A stretch of 11,657 bases of DNA from contig JANLPS010000044.1 of the NCBI GenBank assembly GCA_031367385.1, forward strand, positions 1-11,657, read 5' to 3'. The translations under genes and the position numbers were made by a program. This document shows positions 7,689-11,657 of this stretch, one piece after another. The notes beneath the pieces were generated by a model that was not told the origin of the DNA, did no database searches, and was given only the letters and a program-made list of their open reading frames with translations. The DNA is from Archangium sp. GTDB lineage: Bacteria; Myxococcota; Myxococcia; Myxococcales; Myxococcaceae. The number at the start of each line of letters is the position of its first letter. Position 1 is the stretch's first letter.

Positions 7689-8387
7689 CTACCGCTGGCA
7701 AGTGGCGTCGTCGCAGACGCAGGGCTCGTCGGCCGGTGCCGGTGCGGCGCACCCAGCGAGCGGCGTGAGTCGAATCGGGTCGAGCGAATTGAAGCCTGAC
7801 ACCAGGGTGATCATCGTGCTGAACGCGGCGTACCCACCTTTGCCTGCCGCGAGGGTTTGAGGGCCTCCGGGGGCCAGGTTGCGGAGCTCGAAGTACCCCT
7901 TTCGGGTCTCTGAGCACAGCGAATGCCCGTTGACGGTGACCCGCGCTGAGATGGGAGCCCCGGTGCAGGCGCTCACCACGTCGGAGCTCAAAATCGCCGC
8001 CGCCACGCACTGCTGTGTCGCCGTGTCGCACACCTGCCCTCCACCACAGCCACCGCAGCCCAGCGGGCTCAACGCGATGTCGAGGTGGTTGGCGCCGGCG
8101 TGAATGCTGCCCTCGAGCGAGCGAGGTGCGTACCCTTCTTTGAGCGCGACGTCGCTCCATGGGCCGACGGCGACGTGGTCGAGCCGGTACGCGCCACGCG
8201 AATCACTGGTGGCGGCGCCAATCACGACGGCGGGCAGCGGCGCACCGTTTCGCGCGTCGTAGGTGGTGCCCAAAAGCCAGGCCTGCGGCGCGGGTGAGAG
8301 CCGAAAGACCTCTTCGCTGGTGAGCGGCGAGAGGCCGCAGGCGGCGAGCAACGGCAGCACCGCAACGAGGCAAATCTTCACAGCCAT
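7689..8387 (-). CDS. Cys-rich lipoprotein with two carboxypeptidase-regulatory-like (CarboxypepD_reg-type) beta-sandwich repeats
   Basis: ATG 8387 with GGAG 7 nt upstream (or GTG 8381, a GTGA overlap with the caspase stop). Lipobox LLAA-C. Two repeats, 'G...DARNGAPL...G.Y.L..V..G....A.K.GY' and 'SACTGAPI...GYFEL.NL.PG...A.K.GY', are separated by a Cys-rich linker. Confidence 0.78.
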   Translation of the reverse strand: MAVKICLVAVLPLLAACGLSPLTSEEVFRLSPAPQAWLLGTTYDARNGAPLPAVVIGAATSDSRGAYRLDHVAVGPWSDVALKEGYAPRSLEGSIHAGANHLDIALSPLGCGGCGGGQVCDTATQQCVAAAILSSDVVSACTGAPISARVTVNGHSLCSETRKGYFELRNLAPGGPQTLAAGKGGYAAFSTMITLVSGFNSLDPIRLTPLAGCAAPAPADEPCVCDDATCQR

Positions 8388-10066
8388 ACACTGACTCCGA
8401 CGAGCAGCGAGGGTTCGGCAAAGGGCAAGCGGGTGCCATCGAGGTTGACCCAGGCGGCTTCGAAGCGCCCGTCGAGCCAGGCCGAGATGCGTCGCGACAA
8501 GAACAGCTCGGCGCGAACGTCGGCGCCAATCGATGGCGCGAGGGGGTCGCCGTGAGCACCGAGCACGATGGTCTTGAAGCCGACCAGCGCCGAGCCCGAG
8601 AGCGCAAAGAGGTTCTTGAAGAAGAGAAACCGCCAGCCGGCCTGCGCATGCACCCCCAGGCGAAACATCGAGCTGCGGGTGCCGAGGGTGGAGTAGGTCG
8701 ACGCGCGCGCGGCGATTCGACCTCCGAGGAGCAAGCCGCCGAGGTGAAACCGCGCTCCGATTTCGGCGCCCTGCTCGACGCCCGGCAAGCCGAATGGCGC
8801 TGGCGCCAACACGTACGACGCGTCGAGCGCGGTGCCCAAGGCTCGGGCGAGGGGTGGCTCTCGGCCGGCCACGAAACCCGTCTCTAAAGCGGCGACGGCT
8901 TCGAGTGAAAACGGCGTCTGAAACGAGCGCGTCTGCCAATCGACATCGCCCCGCTCGGCGACGTGCGGCAGCGCGGTGGGCTCACCGAAGGGCGAGAGCT
9001 GGCTGGTCTCGGCGGCGACCACGTCGACCATCGCCACGCGCGCCCGATTCGCGCCGTCGAGGTGCTGCACCTGGTAACGCCCGGCCGGCAGCGTGAGTGA
9101 GAGGCTGCGACCCTTGGCCTTGTTCACCTCGGCGAAGACCGGAGCGCCGGTCGACGAGACCACCCGCATGCGCCCCTCGACCTCGGGCGCGAGCTCCAAC
9201 TTCGAGCTGCCGCGCAGGTCGACCACGGGCGCGCGGAGATCGCCTGCAGGGGCTTCGAACCACGGCCGTTGACCGGTGAGCCGCTCGGTGTTGAACGCCA
9301 CGAACGCGGCGAGCTCTCCGAAGCTGACCAACTCGTCACCGTTGACGTCGGCCGCGCCGGCGAGGCCCGAGGCCAGCACGTGCGAGAAGAAACCACCTTG
9401 GAGATCGCTCGCTTCTCCCGCGGGCTTGTCGCTCTGGGTGGCGGTGATGACCCCGAAGACGGCGCGCCGGCCGCGGTTCTCGAGCGCGTCGATTTCAGCC
9501 GAGAGGTCGGGCCCGCCGCGCTCGACGAACAGGCTTTGCGAGCGGCACGCATCGATGAACAGGTCGACGCGATCGAGCTCGAGCGCCGCCAGTCGAACGC
9601 GCAGCTCATGGCCGGTGAGGCCCGACTCTTCGGTGCCTTCGGGCGCGAGCAGCATTCGGCCGGTGAGCCCGTGGCCGGCGTAGAAGAAATACAGCACCGC
9701 GGGCCGCTTCGAGGTTCGGCGGGCCAGCCGCGCTTGAACGGCGTCGAGGGTCGCGAACAGATTCGCGCGGGTGGGGGCCTGGGTCTTGGGCAAAGCGATG
9801 CCTGCGCTCTGAAGGCCGGCGCGCGTCGTTTCATCGGGCTCGGTCAGCACCCACACGTGCGCGGGCGTGGCGAGCAGCTCGAACCAGCGCGCCATTCGCA
9901 GCGCGTCATCGTCTGCGTAGCGAAGCGGTGAGAGCTCGGGGCGCTCGGAGGTCGCCGTGAGCCCACCATTGTAGCCGACCACCACGGCGTAGACGTCGGC
10001 ATCGGCAGGGGTCTCGGCCCACGCCGCGAGCGTGAACATCGACAGCACTGTCGCCAGCGGGCGCAT
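8378..10066 (-). CDS. Exported caspase-family (peptidase C14, orthocaspase/metacaspase-like) protease with probable C-terminal outer-membrane beta-barrel
   Basis: Start ATG 10066 (TGATG overlap with the anti-sigma stop); signal peptide AWA|E. Motifs 'YAVVVGYN', 'LRYADDDA', His dyad YAGHG (H132), Cys dyad FIDACRS (C174), 'GGFFSHVLASGLAGAAD', EF-hand-like DVNGDELVSFGE and PEGA/Ig-like 'LTLPAGRYQV'. Alternating amphipathic strands end in VGVSVWL. 562 aa. Confidence 0.88.
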   Translation of the reverse strand: MRPLATVLSMFTLAAWAETPADADVYAVVVGYNGGLTATSERPELSPLRYADDDALRMARWFELLATPAHVWVLTEPDETTRAGLQSAGIALPKTQAPTRANLFATLDAVQARLARRTSKRPAVLYFFYAGHGLTGRMLLAPEGTEESGLTGHELRVRLAALELDRVDLFIDACRSQSLFVERGGPDLSAEIDALENRGRRAVFGVITATQSDKPAGEASDLQGGFFSHVLASGLAGAADVNGDELVSFGELAAFVAFNTERLTGQRPWFEAPAGDLRAPVVDLRGSSKLELAPEVEGRMRVVSSTGAPVFAEVNKAKGRSLSLTLPAGRYQVQHLDGANRARVAMVDVVAAETSQLSPFGEPTALPHVAERGDVDWQTRSFQTPFSLEAVAALETGFVAGREPPLARALGTALDASYVLAPAPFGLPGVEQGAEIGARFHLGGLLLGGRIAARASTYSTLGTRSSMFRLGVHAQAGWRFLFFKNLFALSGSALVGFKTIVLGAHGDPLAPSIGADVRAELFLSRRISAWLDGRFEAAWVNLDGTRLPFAEPSLLVGVSVWL

Positions 10067-10701
10067 CACTCGACCCACAACACACCGGCCGGCTGCTTTT
10101 GAGCAAGGGGGGCCGCTTGAATGAAGAGCCGCCAGCGACCCGCCTCGAGCGCGACGCTTTGATTCGGCTCGAACACCCGCGGGGGCTCTTCGTCGCGTTG
10201 ACCTGAGACGATCGCCGCCCCGTCGAGCTTGAACTGCACCCAGTCTCCGTGAGCGACCCGCGCTTCTCCGGCCGTGGGGAGGTCGGCCACCAGGCGCACC
10301 GGCTCGTTCTTGGTCTTCGCGTACACCCGCACCGAGAGGGCCCGTGGGGCATCGCCTCCACCGCGCTCTCGCACTTCGGGCTCGGGAGGTCTCGAGACGA
10401 GTAACGCCACGCCGAGGGCAAGCGCGGCGGCCAGCGCCACCCACTTGATGCCAGCGGTTCTGGGCGAGGCACGCCGGTCGGTCGGCAGCCCCTCGAGCAG
10501 CCGATGGAGCCCCCGCTCGAGCTCTTCACCGGTCGGCGCTTGCGGCTGTCTGGCGACCCGGGCCGTCACCGTCAGCAGGTCGTAGCGGGCTCGACACGCG
10601 TCGCAGCCGCCGAGGTGACGACGAAGGTCGAGCTCTTCGGGGCCTGACAGCTCGCCCGCGACCGCGCGGGTGATTCGACGGCCGTACCAGAGCAGGCTCA
10701 C
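10066..10701 (-). CDS. Membrane-anchored zinc-binding anti-sigma factor (zf-HC2/ZAS) with extracytoplasmic beta-rich domain
   Basis: HxxxCxxC (H29-LGG-C33-DA-C36) and one TM helix (W87-V102), then RERGG and a ~100-aa beta-rich domain. Lies directly downstream of the ECF sigma gene with a GTGA overlap. Confidence 0.88.
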   Translation of the reverse strand: MSLLWYGRRITRAVAGELSGPEELDLRRHLGGCDACRARYDLLTVTARVARQPQAPTGEELERGLHRLLEGLPTDRRASPRTAGIKWVALAAALALGVALLVSRPPEPEVRERGGGDAPRALSVRVYAKTKNEPVRLVADLPTAGEARVAHGDWVQFKLDGAAIVSGQRDEEPPRVFEPNQSVALEAGRWRLFIQAAPLAQKQPAGVLWVE

Positions 10702-11306
10702 AAGAGCTCCTTGGCCAGGCGGCCCAACATCGAGTCGGCGGCGAGGTGCTCGAGCAGCTTCTTCTTCAAGTACTTCGAGCGACGCGGGTTCACCCCCAGG
10801 TTTCGGGCGACTTCGTCGTGGGGGCGCTCCTCGAGCAGCGACTGTTGCAAGACGAGGGCTTCATCGGCCGAGAGCGTGGCCGTGACCGCGAGCATCGCCT
10901 GGGTGACCCGCGCGGTGAGGGTCGGGTCTGCGGGCGTGGGCGCCTCGAGCCAGCGCGCCTCATCGACGTCGTCGAGGGGTATCGAGCTCTCAAGCCGTCG
11001 GCCCTTCGCGCGAACCAGCTCTCGACACCGATTGGCGGCGACCACGCGCAGCCACGGGCCAAGCGCGCCTCGGTTCACGTCGAAGCTGGTCTGCATGCGA
11101 TGCACCATCAACCAAATCTCCTGCGCTGCTTCTTCTTGCTCGAAGGGGCTGCGAAAGAACCGACCGACCCACCGCCGAACCTGCACGCCACGCGCTCGAT
11201 ACACCTCGACAAAAGCCGCCCGCTCGCCTCCTGCGAAGCGAACGAGCAACTCGGTGGTTTCGCCGACCTGAAGTGGCAGTGGCTCCACGGTTTGGTTCTT
11301 GGGCAC
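10698..11306 (-). CDS. ECF-type RNA polymerase sigma-70 factor
   Basis: Region 2: 'GERAAFVEVY', 'EEAAQEIWL', 'PWLRVVAANRCRELVR'. Region 4: 'LSADEALVL...HDEVARNLGV'. Followed by an anti-sigma gene. Start uncertain (TTG 11336, GTG 11306 or GTG 11288); the promoter motif argues against 11336. Confidence 0.88.
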   Translation of the reverse strand: MPKNQTVEPLPLQVGETTELLVRFAGGERAAFVEVYRARGVQVRRWVGRFFRSPFEQEEAAQEIWLMVHRMQTSFDVNRGALGPWLRVVAANRCRELVRAKGRRLESSIPLDDVDEARWLEAPTPADPTLTARVTQAMLAVTATLSADEALVLQQSLLEERPHDEVARNLGVNPRRSKYLKKKLLEHLAADSMLGRLAKELL

Positions 11307-11309
11307 TCT

Positions 11310-11336
11310 TATGCCGGGCACCCGGGGGAGGGACAA
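11310..11336 (-). promoter_or_regulatory. Putative ECF promoter for the sigma operon (TTGTCC-N13-CCGGCATA)
   Basis: Minus strand reads TTGTCC ctcccccgggtgc CCGGCATA; the same bipartite motif occurs in the opposite orientation at 11349-11374. Confidence 0.55.
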
Positions 11337-11348
11337 AATTCAGCCCGA

Positions 11349-11374
11349 TTGTCCTCGCGCGCGCGGCCGGCATA
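11349..11374 (+). promoter_or_regulatory. Putative ECF promoter for the divergent lipoprotein gene (TTGTCC-N12-CCGGCATA)
   Basis: Plus strand reads TTGTCC tcgcgcgcgcgg CCGGCATA and ends 9 nt before ATG 11384; mirror copy of the motif at 11310-11336. Confidence 0.55.
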
Positions 11375-11383
11375 CCAGGCGCC

Positions 11384-11657
11384 ATGAACTCGACCCGCAA
11401 GACCCTCGTTCTGTGGTTGATGGTGGCGGCCTGTGGCGACCCGGCAATCGCTCCCGACCCCAAGCTGAAGCTGGCCAGCGCGCTCGCCGCCTGCCCTCAA
11501 TGCCCCGCGGTCGCCTACGCCTCGAGCGACGGCTTCGTGGTGCACGAGTGGGGCACGCTCACCTCGGTCATGGGCAGCGACGGCGTGCTGTTGCCCGGCC
11601 TTCACCACGAAGAAGAAGATTTGCCCGGCTTCGTGGCTGACCGGGTCGCGCAGGTCG
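11384..11657 (+). CDS. 3'-truncated conserved hypothetical lipoprotein (VHEWGT motif family)
   Basis: Absent from the ORF track because it has no stop in the window. Translates as MNSTRKTLVLWLMVAA-CGDPAIAPDPKLKLASALAACPQCPAVAYASSDGFVVHEWGTLTSVMGSDGVLLPGLHHEEEDLPGFV... Lipobox VAA-C. The 'VHEWGT.TS..G.DG...EDLP.FV' pattern is one I recognise from uncharacterised exported bacterial proteins. Confidence 0.8.
   Translation, partial: MNSTRKTLVLWLMVAACGDPAIAPDPKLKLASALAACPQCPAVAYASSDGFVVHEWGTLTSVMGSDGVLLPGLHHEEEDLPGFVADRVAQV

Noticed and set aside
8388..8939. N-terminal 184 codons of the 416-aa ORF 7689..8939
   Set aside because: Arg-rich off-frame translation inside the caspase gene. The real protein starts at the lipoprotein signal (8387 or 8381).
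10067..10444. N-terminal extension of the 688-aa ORF 8378..10444
   Set aside because: Overlaps the anti-sigma gene in another frame. The signal peptide and stop/start coupling place the start at 10066 (or GTG 10069).
11299..11640. ORF-track ORFs 11299..11640 (+) and 11309..11608 (-)
   Set aside because: Displaced by the frame starting at 11384, which has a lipobox and a conserved-looking motif.

Overview
GC-rich, densely coding bacterial window. Cys-rich lipoproteins with DGG/DAG motifs, a GAF-HD-GYP protein and an ECF sigma/caspase cassette suggest Myxococcota (inference). It holds 13 CDSs, two truncated by the window edges. Left to right: an SRPBCC/AHA1-type protein with a Lys/Ala-rich H1-like tail; a large Cys-rich lipoprotein; a PGAP1-like alpha/beta hydrolase; a secreted stand-alone VHL beta-domain protein; a coupled minus-strand operon of MBL-fold lipoprotein, rpe and msrQ (no msrP in view); and a GAF + HD-GYP phosphodiesterase. 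Then comes a four-gene minus-strand operon: ECF sigma, Zn-finger membrane anti-sigma, exported caspase-family (C14) protease with a probable outer-membrane beta-barrel, and a Cys-rich lipoprotein. A divergent lipoprotein gene (VHEWGT family) closes the window. The best candidate for an undescribed system is the ECF/anti-sigma/caspase cassette. The protease and the anti-sigma share an E-R-G motif at plausible cleavage positions. Two back-to-back copies of TTGTCC-N12/13-CCGGCATA point into the sigma operon and into the divergent gene. No RNA genes, CRISPR arrays or mobile elements were recognised.
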